A DNA stretch of 64,000 bases from Gemmatimonadota bacterium (GTDB lineage: Bacteria; Gemmatimonadota; Gemmatimonadetes; Longimicrobiales; Gaopeijiaceae). Of this stretch, positions 20,473-30,343 are shown piece after piece. Position 1 is the first letter of the stretch; the number at the start of each line of letters is the position of its first letter. A model generated the notes under the pieces. It was given only the letters and a program-made list of their open reading frames with translations, was not told where the DNA came from and did no database searches. The stretch covers positions 2,304,001 through 2,368,000 of the forward strand of contig JAXHMG010000003.1 of assembly GCA_034521595.1 (NCBI GenBank), read 5' to 3'. A program made the translations under genes and the position numbers.

Positions 20473-21632
20473 CCGACAGCGCTCGACGACAGGGCCGGGG
20501 GCAGCCGACCGACCCGACGGACGACCGGGTCCGCCGCGGCCGGTACCTTGGACAGCACCGCCAGAGCCAGCCCGACGAGAACCGGATGCCGAAGGCCCCG
20601 GGAGATCCGACGACAGAGCCGGCGGGCACCCTCGAGCTCGACGGTTCGATAGCGTTCCCAGGCGACCGCGAGCTCCGTGTCCCAACCGCGGACGCCCCGC
20701 AACGCGTACGGCACCACCGCTCGGGCCGAGGCGAGCGCCCACCCCATCCCTTCACCCGTGAAGGGCTCGACGTAGCCCATCGCATCTCCGATCCGGAACA
20801 GCCGGTGTTCAGCGACCAGTCCGGGCGCGCGACTCAGCGGCGGGGTGCCCCGCCATCCATGCACCAGCCGGCCCGTGAGGTCGAGGCCCGCTTCCGCCAG
20901 GATCGCGTCCACGGCCACGCGAGGGCCTCCGGAACGGAGTGCGGTCGGGTCGACGGCCGCCGCGACGTCCAGCGTGCCATCCTCGAGACGCACCATCCCG
21001 ACGTAGCCCGTGCGCCCGACGATCATCCGCAGCGTCCCTGCCGGAGCAGCTTCGACTTGTTCGTCCCGGCGGCGGAGCATGCCATTCTCCAGCACCGCCC
21101 CCAGACCGATCCGGGTGCCATCCGCCACGTGTTCCGGGGCGCGGACACCGGGCGCGCCCGCCAACCCCGCTGCATCGAGCACGACGGACGCGCGCACCTC
21201 GGTCTCCACCCCCTCACGGATGACGCGCACCACACGCTCCTCATTCTCCTCGCCTGCGAGCGCACATGCACGCGCGGGCGCCTCGGTCCAGCAGACGGCG
21301 CCCGCCCGCTCGGCTTCGCGCATCAGCGCCTCGTCCATGGCGGCACGGGACCAAGCCACCGACCGGCCGAGGCGGAGGCTCGCACGGCGCCCCCCTCCCT
21401 CCAGCACGAGCCGATCGAGCTCGATCGCGCCACCCGCTTCCGAAAGCCGACCCAACCCGACATCGTCGAGAACGGACAGGGCACCGCCCCCCACGCACGC
21501 GCCACACACCTTCCAGCGCGGCACGGCGCGGCGCTCGACGAGGAGCACGGAAGCGCCTTCCAGGGCGAGCTGGCGTGCCGCCAAACACCCCGCCGGACCG
21601 CCCCCGATGACCAGAACGTCGACCCGATTCAC
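20469..21632 (-). CDS. FAD-dependent oxidoreductase (geranylgeranyl-reductase/aromatic monooxygenase-like)
   Basis: 'IGGGPAG', 'KVCG', 'DAAG', 'IGDA..VEPFTGEGM'; 4-bp overlaps with both neighbours. Confidence 0.88.
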   Translation of the reverse strand: MNRVDVLVIGGGPAGCLAARQLALEGASVLLVERRAVPRWKVCGACVGGGALSVLDDVGLGRLSEAGGAIELDRLVLEGGGRRASLRLGRSVAWSRAAMDEALMREAERAGAVCWTEAPARACALAGEENEERVVRVIREGVETEVRASVVLDAAGLAGAPGVRAPEHVADGTRIGLGAVLENGMLRRRDEQVEAAPAGTLRMIVGRTGYVGMVRLEDGTLDVAAAVDPTALRSGGPRVAVDAILAEAGLDLTGRLVHGWRGTPPLSRAPGLVAEHRLFRIGDAMGYVEPFTGEGMGWALASARAVVPYALRGVRGWDTELAVAWERYRTVELEGARRLCRRISRGLRHPVLVGLALAVLSKVPAAADPVVRRVGRLPPALSSSAVG

Positions 21633-22342
21633 GACTGGCCCCATCGGATCGCGAAGCGCTGCGGCCAACAGCGCGTCACGACCGCACCTCCGAGCCCCGC
21701 CCGCCGGCACAGCGCAGCGACCTCGGCGAGCGTGTACGCCGCCCGCACGGAGCGCAGCCCGTCCACGCGCACGACCTTCGACCGGGAGAGCGCGTGGACC
21801 CCGACGAGAGCCATGAAGTAGCCCAGTCGCGTCCGCCGCAGATCCTGAACGAGGAGCCGTCGGCCGACGCATGCCATGCGTGTCAGCAGCTCCACCGAAG
21901 CCGTTTCGGTCAGATGGTGGAGGAAGAGCGCGCTCGTGACGAGGTCGAACCCGTTCGGGAGCCCGTCCCGCGTCACGTCCAACCGCGCGAGCTCCAGCTT
22001 CACGCCACTCGCGGCGGCCCGGCGGTGAGCCCGGTCGAGCGCCACCCCGCTCACGTCGCAGCCGAACGGCCGGACTTCGACGCCGCGGCGCCGCGCCTTC
22101 ACGGCCACCCGGATCAACACGTCGCAGTCGCCGCATCCGACGTCGAGCACCTGCACGGGCCGGCGCCCCTCATGCCACAGACGCGTCACCTCCTCGAGGA
22201 CTCGGTGGTGCGTGAGCGACACCCGGTTGAGGCGAGCGAGCCCGTCGAGTGCGACGTGGTGGCGTCCCTCTTCGAGCCCCGGATCGTCCATGAGCTCGGG
22301 CTCACGGCGGCGCGTACCGAGGGCGGGCCAGAACGGCCGCAC
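21629..22342 (-). CDS. SAM-dependent methyltransferase (type III PKS-associated type)
   Basis: 'RRREPELMDDP', 'LDVGCG', 'LFLHH', 'DGLRSVRAAYT'; start uncertain. Confidence 0.88.
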   Translation of the reverse strand: MRPFWPALGTRRREPELMDDPGLEEGRHHVALDGLARLNRVSLTHHRVLEEVTRLWHEGRRPVQVLDVGCGDCDVLIRVAVKARRRGVEVRPFGCDVSGVALDRAHRRAAASGVKLELARLDVTRDGLPNGFDLVTSALFLHHLTETASVELLTRMACVGRRLLVQDLRRTRLGYFMALVGVHALSRSKVVRVDGLRSVRAAYTLAEVAALCRRAGLGGAVVTRCWPQRFAIRWGQS

Positions 22343-22677
22343 CGGCTCACTCCCCGATCCCGCAGCAACGCCCGTCAGAGGGGAGCTTCCACGGAACCGG
22401 GACACACCGGGCCCCGAGCGTGGGTTTCGGCTTTACCGGGAGCGGGGAAGGTGCTGGGCATCGCGCTGCCTCCGTCGACGTGGTTTCTCGGAGTGGCTTC
22501 GGAGGACGAGGCTCCGTCGGGCGCCACGTGGGCAGCATGGCCGCCCCGACGGTGCGGAGCAAGGGACCCAGCCGGCGAGAAGCTTACCGATTCCGAACGG
22601 GTGTCCCGTTGCCGTTCGCCCTCCGGAGCCGCCATCATTCGCATGAACGGTTCGTTCCTCGTTGCGGAGGTGCCTCG

Positions 22678-24414
22678 ATGTCCCGCGCGTTCCACCTCCG
22701 GCGGCCAGCTCCGACGTCCACCACACTGCTAGCCGGGTTCCTGCTGGCCACGGTCGTCATGGCCTGCCTCCTGGCGGTGCAGGCCTATGGGGCCGCCCGG
22801 TCGCACCGGGCAACCGCCGAAGCCGTCCTTACCGACTACGCGGGGATCGCTGCGGCGGAGTATGGACGTGTGGCGAGGGGGCACCTCTCCCGCGTCTTCG
22901 ACGTCGCGTTCGACGAGGTGCCCCGCAGGGTCCGTCCGGGACGCATGCCCGAGCCGGTCCACGTTCGTTGGGACCTGGACGACGCGGCACGCGCGATCCG
23001 CTGTGCCTGCCCGAGCCTCCAACGATCGTGGCTCGTGTTCCGGATCGACTTGCGAGACGGCTCGGCGACGTTCGAGGGCGACCGGGAAAGGGATCTCGCC
23101 TCGGCGGTTCGGGCTTTCGCCCGGACGCGCGGGGCTTCCGGCCCTGCCGAGCGCTACGGGATGGCGACGCTCGGACCGAGCGACAGCACCACCTCGCCCC
23201 TGCTGCTCCACGCGACGGTCTTCGACGACGACGAGGTCGCTGCGATGATGTACGGTGTCGTCCTCTCCCGCGACGCGCTCACCGAGATCGCCGAGCACTG
23301 GTACACCCGCCACGAACTCCTGCCGGAAACGATCACCCGCGGAGAGCCGGGGGATTCCCTCGTCCGGATCGCGCTCTCGGCACCCGACCGGACCCCCTTT
23401 TTCGCGTCCCATGCGGGAGCGGAGCACGGACCGTTCGTAGCCGACACCCTCGCGCCCCATCTCGGGGGACTCGTCGTGCGGGCATCCATCCGGCCGACCG
23501 CCGCCGACCGCCTCGTCATCGGCGGCTTACCCTCCTCCCGCCTTCCCTTCTCGCTCGCGCTGCTCGGGCTGACCCTGGCCGTGGGGATCGCGGGTCTCTG
23601 GGAAGTGCGCAGACATCACCAGCTCGCGCGGCTCCGAGAAGACTTCATCTCCAGTGTATCGCACGAGCTCAGGACTCCCCTCGCGCAAATCCGCATGCTC
23701 TCCGAGCTACAGGCCGACCACAAGCTGCGTGCGCCGGAGGAGCGCGAGCGCGCGAACCTCGTGATCGCTCGGGAAGCTCGAAGGCTGACCCAGCTCGTCG
23801 AAAACTTCCTGCACTTCTCCCGGGCCCAGGCCGCCGGATCGTCCAAGCCCCACCCACAGCCCGTGCCCGTCGCCGAGTGTGTCGAGGAAGCGGTGGAAGC
23901 GTTCCGGCCCCTCCTGAAACCGGACGCGGGAGCCGTCGAGGTGCAGGCCGAGCCGGGTGTGACCATCATGGGCCAGAGAGACGCGCTCCGGCAGATCCTG
24001 AGCAACCTGCTCGACAACGCGACCAAGTACGGTCCGCGCGGGCAGACCGTGCGGGTCACCGTCCACCGCAGAGGGACCTCCGTACGGATCCTCGTCGAGG
24101 ACGAGGGACCGGGCATCCCGGAGGAGAGCCGCTCGGTGATCTGGGAGCCGTACCGCCGGTTGCCACGCGACATCGACAGCCACCGGCCCGGCAGCGGGGT
24201 CGGGTTGGCCGTGGTACGCACGCTCGTCGAGTCACTCGGTGGGCGTGCCTGGGTCGAGCGCGGCACGAAGGGCGGTGCGCGCTTCGTCGTGGAGATCCCC
24301 GGCGCGGCCGACGCGTCGGAACGAGAGCACCGCACGAATCACGACGAGGAGGACGAGCCTCCGCGCACTCGCGATGCACGGGAGACGCCTGTTGGCGCAC
24401 ATCCTGCTGATTGA
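22678..24414 (+). CDS. Sensor histidine kinase
   Basis: Two TMs, 'VSHELRTPL' H-box, 'NLLDNA', 'DEGPGI', 'GSGVGL'. Confidence 0.95.
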   Translation: MSRAFHLRRPAPTSTTLLAGFLLATVVMACLLAVQAYGAARSHRATAEAVLTDYAGIAAAEYGRVARGHLSRVFDVAFDEVPRRVRPGRMPEPVHVRWDLDDAARAIRCACPSLQRSWLVFRIDLRDGSATFEGDRERDLASAVRAFARTRGASGPAERYGMATLGPSDSTTSPLLLHATVFDDDEVAAMMYGVVLSRDALTEIAEHWYTRHELLPETITRGEPGDSLVRIALSAPDRTPFFASHAGAEHGPFVADTLAPHLGGLVVRASIRPTAADRLVIGGLPSSRLPFSLALLGLTLAVGIAGLWEVRRHHQLARLREDFISSVSHELRTPLAQIRMLSELQADHKLRAPEERERANLVIAREARRLTQLVENFLHFSRAQAAGSSKPHPQPVPVAECVEEAVEAFRPLLKPDAGAVEVQAEPGVTIMGQRDALRQILSNLLDNATKYGPRGQTVRVTVHRRGTSVRILVEDEGPGIPEESRSVIWEPYRRLPRDIDSHRPGSGVGLAVVRTLVESLGGRAWVERGTKGGARFVVEIPGAADASEREHRTNHDEEDEPPRTRDARETPVGAHPAD

Positions 24415-25081
24415 GGACAACGAGGATCTGGCGTTCGGCCTGCGTGCGACTCTGGAGTTCGAGGGATACGGCGTCGAGGTCGCGGGGGACGGTGCGGAAG
24501 GGCGGAAGCTCCTGCACGAGCACGTGCCGGACCTGGTCGTGCTGGACCTCATGCTCCCCGATGCGGACGGCCTCACGCTACTGGGCGAGCTGCGGAACGA
24601 AGGCGCGCGAGTCCCGGTGTTGGTCCTCACCGCTCGAGGAGAGGAGTCGGACGTGCTCATGGGGTTCGACCGCGGCGCGGACGACTACGTGACGAAGCCC
24701 TTCAGCACCGCCGAGCTGCTCGCTCGGGTACGCGCGCTTCTGCGCCGGGCACACGGCCCCGAAGTGGCCGACCACCTCCCGGTCTGGCGGTTCGGAAACG
24801 TCGAGGTGAATCCCGCTTCGGGCACCGTTCTGCGCGACGGAGACGTGGTGACCCTGGCGCCGAAGGAGTTCGATCTCCTCGTGGCGCTCTTGCGGAGGGA
24901 CGGAGCGGTAGCTTCGCGCTCCGAGCTCCTCGAGGAAGTCTGGCAGTACGCCAACGCCCGGATCGAGACCCGCACCGTGGACGTTCACGTCGCAGAGCTG
25001 CGGCGAAAGCTCGAGGTCGACCCGGCGGATCCCGCCCACATCCTCACGGTGCGAAAAAAGGGGTACCGCCTCAGGAGGTAG
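24392..25081 (+). CDS. OmpR-family response regulator
   Basis: 'ILLIED', 'LDLMLP', 'DDYVTKPF', winged-helix 'RTVDVHV..LRRKLE', 'GYRL'; TTG start inferred. Confidence 0.95.
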   Translation: MAHILLIEDNEDLAFGLRATLEFEGYGVEVAGDGAEGRKLLHEHVPDLVVLDLMLPDADGLTLLGELRNEGARVPVLVLTARGEESDVLMGFDRGADDYVTKPFSTAELLARVRALLRRAHGPEVADHLPVWRFGNVEVNPASGTVLRDGDVVTLAPKEFDLLVALLRRDGAVASRSELLEEVWQYANARIETRTVDVHVAELRRKLEVDPADPAHILTVRKKGYRLRR

Positions 25082-25101
25082 CACGCAGGGTGCGCGGGGT
25101 G

Positions 25102-25117
25102 CTTACGACATCCTTAC
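25102..25117 (+). promoter_or_regulatory. Candidate OmpR-type tandem box CTTAC-N6-CTTAC
   Basis: cttacgacatccttac, 11-bp period, between the response regulator and the barrel gene. Confidence 0.4.
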
Positions 25118-25211
25118 AGAACGCGTGTGCTCCACGAACACTCGGAGCGGCGCGCCGTGCGTACCTTTCAGGCTCGCTTCTTTACCTCTCGAAACTGCTC
25201 TCCGGTCTTTG

Positions 25212-26537
25212 ATGCGCATATCGACCACCTCGACATCCTCGTGGCTCCTCGGCCTGGCAGTCCTCGTCGGCGCGCTTCCGGGCGGCGCGGTTGGAGCGCA
25301 GGAACCGGAAGACTCGGTGGCGTCTTCTCCGGGGCTTCGTGTTTACCTCGACTGCCAACGCTGCGACTTCGACTTCATCCGCGAGGAGGTTCCGGCCGTC
25401 GATTACGTGCGCGACCAGGGAGCGGCGGACGTCCACGTGCTCGTAACCCAGGAGCCCACCGGCTCCGGCGGGCAGGAATACACCTTCCACTTCATGGGTC
25501 GCGAGGAGTTGGCCGGACGCGCCGACACGCTCCGCTACACCAGCGGTCAGACCGACACCGACGACGAGGTCCGGAGGGGCTACGCGCACACCTTCGGGGT
25601 CGGCTTGGTTCGGTACCTCGCCTACGCCTCCGAAGCGGACCGGGTCGACCTCTCGTTCATGCGCCCGGACCCCACCGCGGACGGGGCAAGGACCGCGCAG
25701 GAGGACCCCTGGAACCTCTGGGTCTTCCGCACGAGCATGAGCGGGGAGATCGAGGGCGAGAGCCTGCAGCGGTCCCGGGCCGTGGACGGGTCGTTCTCGG
25801 CGAGCCGCACGACCGAAGAGTTCAAGATCGACGTCAACCTCCGCGGCGAATACGAGTGGGAGGAGTTCGACTTCGAGCAGGACGACGGGAGCATCGAGTC
25901 CCGTACTTCGAGCGCGACGGAGCTCGACGCGTCCACGACCGCCGTCTGGAGTCTCGGACCGAACTGGTCGTGGGGGTTGAGCGCGGACGTGGGGTCGGAC
26001 AGCCCCTCGAACCAGGACTTCTTCATGCGCGGCGGCCCCGCCCTCGAGTTCTCGCTCTACCCCTACGCGGAATCCACGAGCCGCCAGATCACGGCCCTCT
26101 ACCGCATCGGCGGAGCGACCTTTCAGTATCAGGACACGACGGTCTTCGGACAGCTGGCCGAGACACGACCCGAGCACAGTCTGCAGATCTCGGCCGATTT
26201 CCGGCAACCGTGGGGCGAATTCGTGCTCTCCGTCGAAGGCTCCCACTACCTCGACGACATCACGCAGCACCGGGTCGACGTATTCTCGAACCTGGAGATC
26301 CGGCTCTTCCAGGGCTTCAACCTGGATATCCGCGGGAACGTCGCCCGAATCAAGGACCAGATCTACCTCTCCGTCTCCGAGATCGACATCGAGGACCGGA
26401 TCACGGGCCGTCAGGAGATCGGGACCGACTTCGAGTACTCGCTGGACGTCGGGTTCAGCTTCACCTTCGGCTCGGTGTTCAACAACGTGGTCAACCCCCG
26501 GATCCGTACGGGAGGCGGCGGCCGCTTCTTCTTCTGA
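25212..26537 (+). CDS. Putative outer-membrane beta-barrel protein of unknown function
   Basis: Signal peptide, N-terminal 'VYLDCQRCD' domain, alternating beta strands, 'FSFTFGSVFNNVVNPR' near the C-terminus. Confidence 0.7.
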   Translation: MRISTTSTSSWLLGLAVLVGALPGGAVGAQEPEDSVASSPGLRVYLDCQRCDFDFIREEVPAVDYVRDQGAADVHVLVTQEPTGSGGQEYTFHFMGREELAGRADTLRYTSGQTDTDDEVRRGYAHTFGVGLVRYLAYASEADRVDLSFMRPDPTADGARTAQEDPWNLWVFRTSMSGEIEGESLQRSRAVDGSFSASRTTEEFKIDVNLRGEYEWEEFDFEQDDGSIESRTSSATELDASTTAVWSLGPNWSWGLSADVGSDSPSNQDFFMRGGPALEFSLYPYAESTSRQITALYRIGGATFQYQDTTVFGQLAETRPEHSLQISADFRQPWGEFVLSVEGSHYLDDITQHRVDVFSNLEIRLFQGFNLDIRGNVARIKDQIYLSVSEIDIEDRITGRQEIGTDFEYSLDVGFSFTFGSVFNNVVNPRIRTGGGGRFFF

Positions 26538-26672
26538 TGACGGGGGAGACAGCCGTTCGGTTCGTGCCCCCTCTCGCGCGATCCGGCGGGGCACCGTATG
26601 GTGGTGGCCGATAATTTCATGACCCGAGTCGCCGCGCGGTCGCCGCGCGACGACCGTCCCCGAGCTTTCAGG

Positions 26673-26708
26673 AGTGAACCGTATGTCGAAAGTGAGCCGT
26701 ATGTCGAA
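26673..26708 (+). repeat. 18-bp tandem duplication spanning the cytochrome c' start
   Basis: agtgaaccgtatgtcgaa / agtgagccgtatgtcgaa (1 mismatch). Confidence 0.85.
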
Positions 26709-27147
26709 AACGATCCCCCTCGCCGCCCTGGCTTGGACGATCGTCCTGGGCGCGCCCGACCGTGCCGCGGCGCAGGACGCGCCGCCCGAGGTGACGTACC
26801 GCCAGAACCTCATGCAGGCCATCCGGACGAACGTCATCCAGCTCAGGTCCGTCGCCGAGGTGGGCCATCCCGACCATACGGTGCACTACGCCCGGGCGCT
26901 TTATGGCATCGGTGAGATTCTCGGAGACGCGTTCAGGGAGGGCTCGGCCGCGAATTCCGGCGCGCTCCAGGACGTGTGGAACGACCACTCCGAGTTCCAG
27001 GAGCAAGTCGAGTTCTTCCGGTCCGCTACGGGCGAGCTCCTCGAAGCCGCCGAGATGCGGGACGCCGCCGCGATCCAGGAAGGGATCCAGTCGGTCGGAG
27101 GCACGTGCAGTGCCTGCCACCAGGACTTCCGGGCGCCCAACGACTGA
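26683..27147 (+). CDS. Cytochrome c'/c556 (class II cytochrome c)
   Basis: Signal peptide, 'YRQNLM', 'VW', C-terminal 'CSACHQDFR'. Confidence 0.88.
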   Translation: MSKVSRMSKTIPLAALAWTIVLGAPDRAAAQDAPPEVTYRQNLMQAIRTNVIQLRSVAEVGHPDHTVHYARALYGIGEILGDAFREGSAANSGALQDVWNDHSEFQEQVEFFRSATGELLEAAEMRDAAAIQEGIQSVGGTCSACHQDFRAPND

Positions 27148-27178
27148 GCCCGCCCGAAACCTCCGCCACCACGGGCTG

Positions 27179-28405
27179 CTACCCGCCGAACGCCTCGAGG
27201 AGGTCCAGGACGTGGTCGATGTCGGCCTCGGTATGGTCGGCGTTGATCTGCGTCCGGATCTCCTCGTCGCCCCGCGGCACCACCGGATACGTGAGTCCGG
27301 TCACCAGGACTCCGTGGTCGTAGAGGTGCCGGACGAGCGCGCGGGTCTTCCGGGTATCGCGGATCATGAGCGGAACGACCGGGTGCTCGCCGGGGATCGT
27401 CTCGATGCCGACGCGCTCCAGGCCTTCCTCGAAGCGCGCGGTCAGCGCACGTAGACGGTCCAGCCGTTCCACGCCCTTCGGGCTATCCACCAGTTCCAGA
27501 GAGCGCAGGGCGGCGGCCGCCTCCCCGACCGTGATCGGGTTCGAGTAGATGTACATGGGCGCCGACTCCCGGAGAAACCGGATGACCGCGGACGTGGCGG
27601 CCACGTAGCCACCGTTCACGCCGAACGCCTTCCCCAGGGTACCGACCAGGATATCGGCCGGGCCGCTCCCGGTATACTCCTCCACGCCACGTCCGGTCTT
27701 GCCGAAGGCGCCCACCCCGTGGGAGTCGTCGACGACGCTCACCACGTTCTCGGCGAATGCTTCGTCGTGCTTGGCGCAGATCTCCATGATGCGGTCGAGC
27801 GGCGCGTGGTCCCCCCGCATCGAGAAGATGCCGTCGGTCACGACGATCGCCCGACGAGCCTTCCCCGTCCATTCGGACAGCGCGTCATCGAGCGCCTCGA
27901 GGTCATTGTGCGGATAGATCGCCTTTCCCGCCGGACGTGACAAACGCATCGCGTTGATGATGCAGTTGTGGTTGAGCTCGTCTGAGATGAGCACGGTCTG
28001 GTCGGTCACCAGGGGGGTGATGGTAGAGACCACGGTGGCGTAGGCCGACGAGAAGATCATCGCCTCCTCCCGCCCGTGAAACGAGGCGAGCTTGGCTTCG
28101 AGCTCGACGTGCGCCCGGTAGGTCCCCGAGATGAAGCGCACGGCCCCGGGGCCTGCTCCGAAGGCGTGCGTGGCCTCCTCCTCGGCCTCGATGATCTCCG
28201 GGTGGAGTCCGAGCCCGAGGTAAGAGTTCGAGTTCATGCGGATGAACTCGCGCTCCCCTTCGCCTTCCAGGAGGAAGCGTGGTCCGTGGTCTCCCCGGGC
28301 CGGCTTCACCCCGACCACGACCGTCTCCGCTCCCTTCGCGGTTCCCGCATTCTCCAGCTCGTCCACCTGCGCGCGCAGCGCATCATTCAGGCGGTCCACG
28401 CCCAT
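27179..28405 (-). CDS. kbl: Glycine C-acetyltransferase (2-amino-3-ketobutyrate CoA ligase)
   Basis: 'NSYLGL', 'VRFISGT', 'SDELNH', 'DDSHG', PLP lysine 'GTLGKAFG'; adjacent to tdh. Confidence 0.88.
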   Translation of the reverse strand: MGVDRLNDALRAQVDELENAGTAKGAETVVVGVKPARGDHGPRFLLEGEGEREFIRMNSNSYLGLGLHPEIIEAEEEATHAFGAGPGAVRFISGTYRAHVELEAKLASFHGREEAMIFSSAYATVVSTITPLVTDQTVLISDELNHNCIINAMRLSRPAGKAIYPHNDLEALDDALSEWTGKARRAIVVTDGIFSMRGDHAPLDRIMEICAKHDEAFAENVVSVVDDSHGVGAFGKTGRGVEEYTGSGPADILVGTLGKAFGVNGGYVAATSAVIRFLRESAPMYIYSNPITVGEAAAALRSLELVDSPKGVERLDRLRALTARFEEGLERVGIETIPGEHPVVPLMIRDTRKTRALVRHLYDHGVLVTGLTYPVVPRGDEEIRTQINADHTEADIDHVLDLLEAFGG

Positions 28406-28484
28406 AGCACTCTCCACTTCTCGTTCTGTCGAAGGATGTTCCGTCGAAAAGGTCGTGTCGTGCGATCCCCCGTGCTCGGCCGGG

Positions 28485-29426
28485 TCACGCCTCGCTCAAA
28501 TGCTTCAGCATGTCGGAGGTCATGTCGGCCACGCCGTACTCCGGCGCCCAGTCCCATTCCTCCCGGGCCGCGGCGTCGTCGATGCGGTCGGGCCAGGAGT
28601 CGGCGATGCTCTGGCGAACCGGGTCCACCTCATAGGTGACCTCGAAGTCCGGCAAATGCTTCCGAATCTCGTCCGCCAGCCGCTCCGGGGCGAGCTGCAT
28701 CGCAGTCACGTTGAACGCGTTGCGGTGCACCAACCGCCCGGGATCGGCTTCCATCACCCCGACGATCGCCCGGATCGCGTCCGGCATGTACATCATGTCG
28801 AGCGTGCTCGTCGGCTCGAGGAAGGACGTGTAGCCCCCGTGCTCGACCGCCTGATGGAAGATGTCGACGGCCCAATCAGTCGTCCCGCCACCGGGCGGTG
28901 CTCCATAGGAGATCAGGCCCGGAAAGCGAACCCCCCGTGTGTCGACGCCGTATCTGGTGTGGTAATAGTCGCACAGGAGCTCCCCCGCGACCTTCGTGAT
29001 GCCGTACATCGTCGCCGGACGCGTGATGGTGTCCTGAGGGGTCGGGTTCTTGGGCGTGTCCGGTCCGAAGACACCGATCGAGCTGGGGGTGAACACGGCG
29101 CACCCCTGCTCACGCGCCACCTCGAGCACGGCTTCGAGGCTGGCCATGTTCACGTGCCACGCGAGGCGGGGATCCCGCTCTCCGACTGCGGAGAGGATGG
29201 CGGCGAGGTGGAACACCGTATCGGCCCCGTGCCGCATGACGGCTTGCCCGACCGACCGCGCGTGGGTCGCGTCGAGCACCTGGAACGGACCCGCCCCGGT
29301 CATTTCCGGGTCGAGCTGGCGAACGTCCGTGGCGAGCACGTTCGCGTTCCCGTATCGGGCGCGCAGCTCCGGAACGAGCCAGGACCCAATCTGTCCGCCG
29401 GCGCCGGTCACCAGAATCCGCTTCAA
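28485..29426 (-). CDS. tdh: L-threonine 3-dehydrogenase (extended SDR type)
   Basis: 'ILVTGAGGQIG', 'HLAAILSA.GE', 'YGITK', 'GGGTTDW', 'IADSWP'; TTG start inferred. Confidence 0.88.
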   Translation of the reverse strand: MKRILVTGAGGQIGSWLVPELRARYGNANVLATDVRQLDPEMTGAGPFQVLDATHARSVGQAVMRHGADTVFHLAAILSAVGERDPRLAWHVNMASLEAVLEVAREQGCAVFTPSSIGVFGPDTPKNPTPQDTITRPATMYGITKVAGELLCDYYHTRYGVDTRGVRFPGLISYGAPPGGGTTDWAVDIFHQAVEHGGYTSFLEPTSTLDMMYMPDAIRAIVGVMEADPGRLVHRNAFNVTAMQLAPERLADEIRKHLPDFEVTYEVDPVRQSIADSWPDRIDDAAAREEWDWAPEYGVADMTSDMLKHLSEA

Positions 29427-29488
29427 ACCGTGTTTCTCCGTCGGGACGAGGTCGTGTGCGCGTGCCGTACGCGGTGCGTGGCCGAGGT

Positions 29489-29543
29489 GCCACGGGAAGA
29501 CGGGGCGGCAATGTATGCGCCTCGACGGAGGTGAGCCACCCTG
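29489..29543. repeat. Dispersed repeat A, copy 1 (55 bp; contains a sigma70-like promoter on the minus strand upstream of tdh)
   Basis: 53/55 identical to 34897-34951; minus strand reads TGGCTC-N17-TACATT. Confidence 0.85.
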
Positions 29544-29617
29544 GTGAAGCCGACGAAGCACACGAGCCGTTGCGCATACGCTCGACGATACCGCGCGAAT
29601 CCCCTGTTCGCCGGGGG

Positions 29618-30238
29618 CTATCCCGGCTTCCTGCCGACGATCTGTACCACGGAGCTCCGGCCGTGATGCAGGGCCCCCTCGTGAATGTCGCGCTCGACCT
29701 CTCGGGCCACGTCCAGCTTCAGGCCCGACAGCTCTTCCCGGAGCGTCTCGAGATCCATCATGAGATCCGCGGTCGGTGGCCCGCCCGTGCCGTGTGCGAG
29801 CTGGTCGGGGGTATACGCTTCGAGGATGAAGACTCCGCCGGGCTCGAGTCCGTCGACGACACGCCGGTGGACGCTACGCCGGACGTGAGGTGGAAGGTGA
29901 GCGAAGATGGAAACCACCCCCGCCCATGCTTCTCGCTCGATGGGGAATTCCGCGAGGTCCGCGTGCACGAAGTGAACTCCGGATGCGACCTCCGAGTCCG
30001 TCGCGAGTCGCCGCCCCTTGTCAACGGCAACGGCCGACGCGTCCACACCCGTCACCCGATGCCCGAGCCCGGCCAAAAAGACGGCGTTTCTCCCCTCGCC
30101 CTCGGCCAGCGACAGCACCGGGCCGGACGGGATCGACCCAGCCATCTCCCGGAGGAAGTCGTTCGGGTCACGACCGTACTTGTACGCGTCGCCCGCATAG
30201 CGCAAATCCCAGGGGTTGGGCCTGCCGGCAGATGTCAT
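29618..30238 (-). CDS. Class I SAM-dependent methyltransferase (TehB-like)
   Basis: 'YGRDPNDFL', 'LAEGEGRNAVFLA', 'GTGGP'. Confidence 0.88.
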   Translation of the reverse strand: MTSAGRPNPWDLRYAGDAYKYGRDPNDFLREMAGSIPSGPVLSLAEGEGRNAVFLAGLGHRVTGVDASAVAVDKGRRLATDSEVASGVHFVHADLAEFPIEREAWAGVVSIFAHLPPHVRRSVHRRVVDGLEPGGVFILEAYTPDQLAHGTGGPPTADLMMDLETLREELSGLKLDVAREVERDIHEGALHHGRSSVVQIVGRKPG

Positions 30239-30303
30239 CTTTTCCTCCGGGGAGCGTCGTCGTCCATCCTCATCCTGACGAACCATGCGTAGTGACTTTC
30301 GAG

Positions 30304-30343
30304 CGCCCGATTCGAAGGGAACCTTCCGGAGCTCTCACGGGGC
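30304..30343. repeat. Dispersed repeat B, copy 1 (40 bp)
   Basis: 37/40 identical to 36030-36069. Confidence 0.8.
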
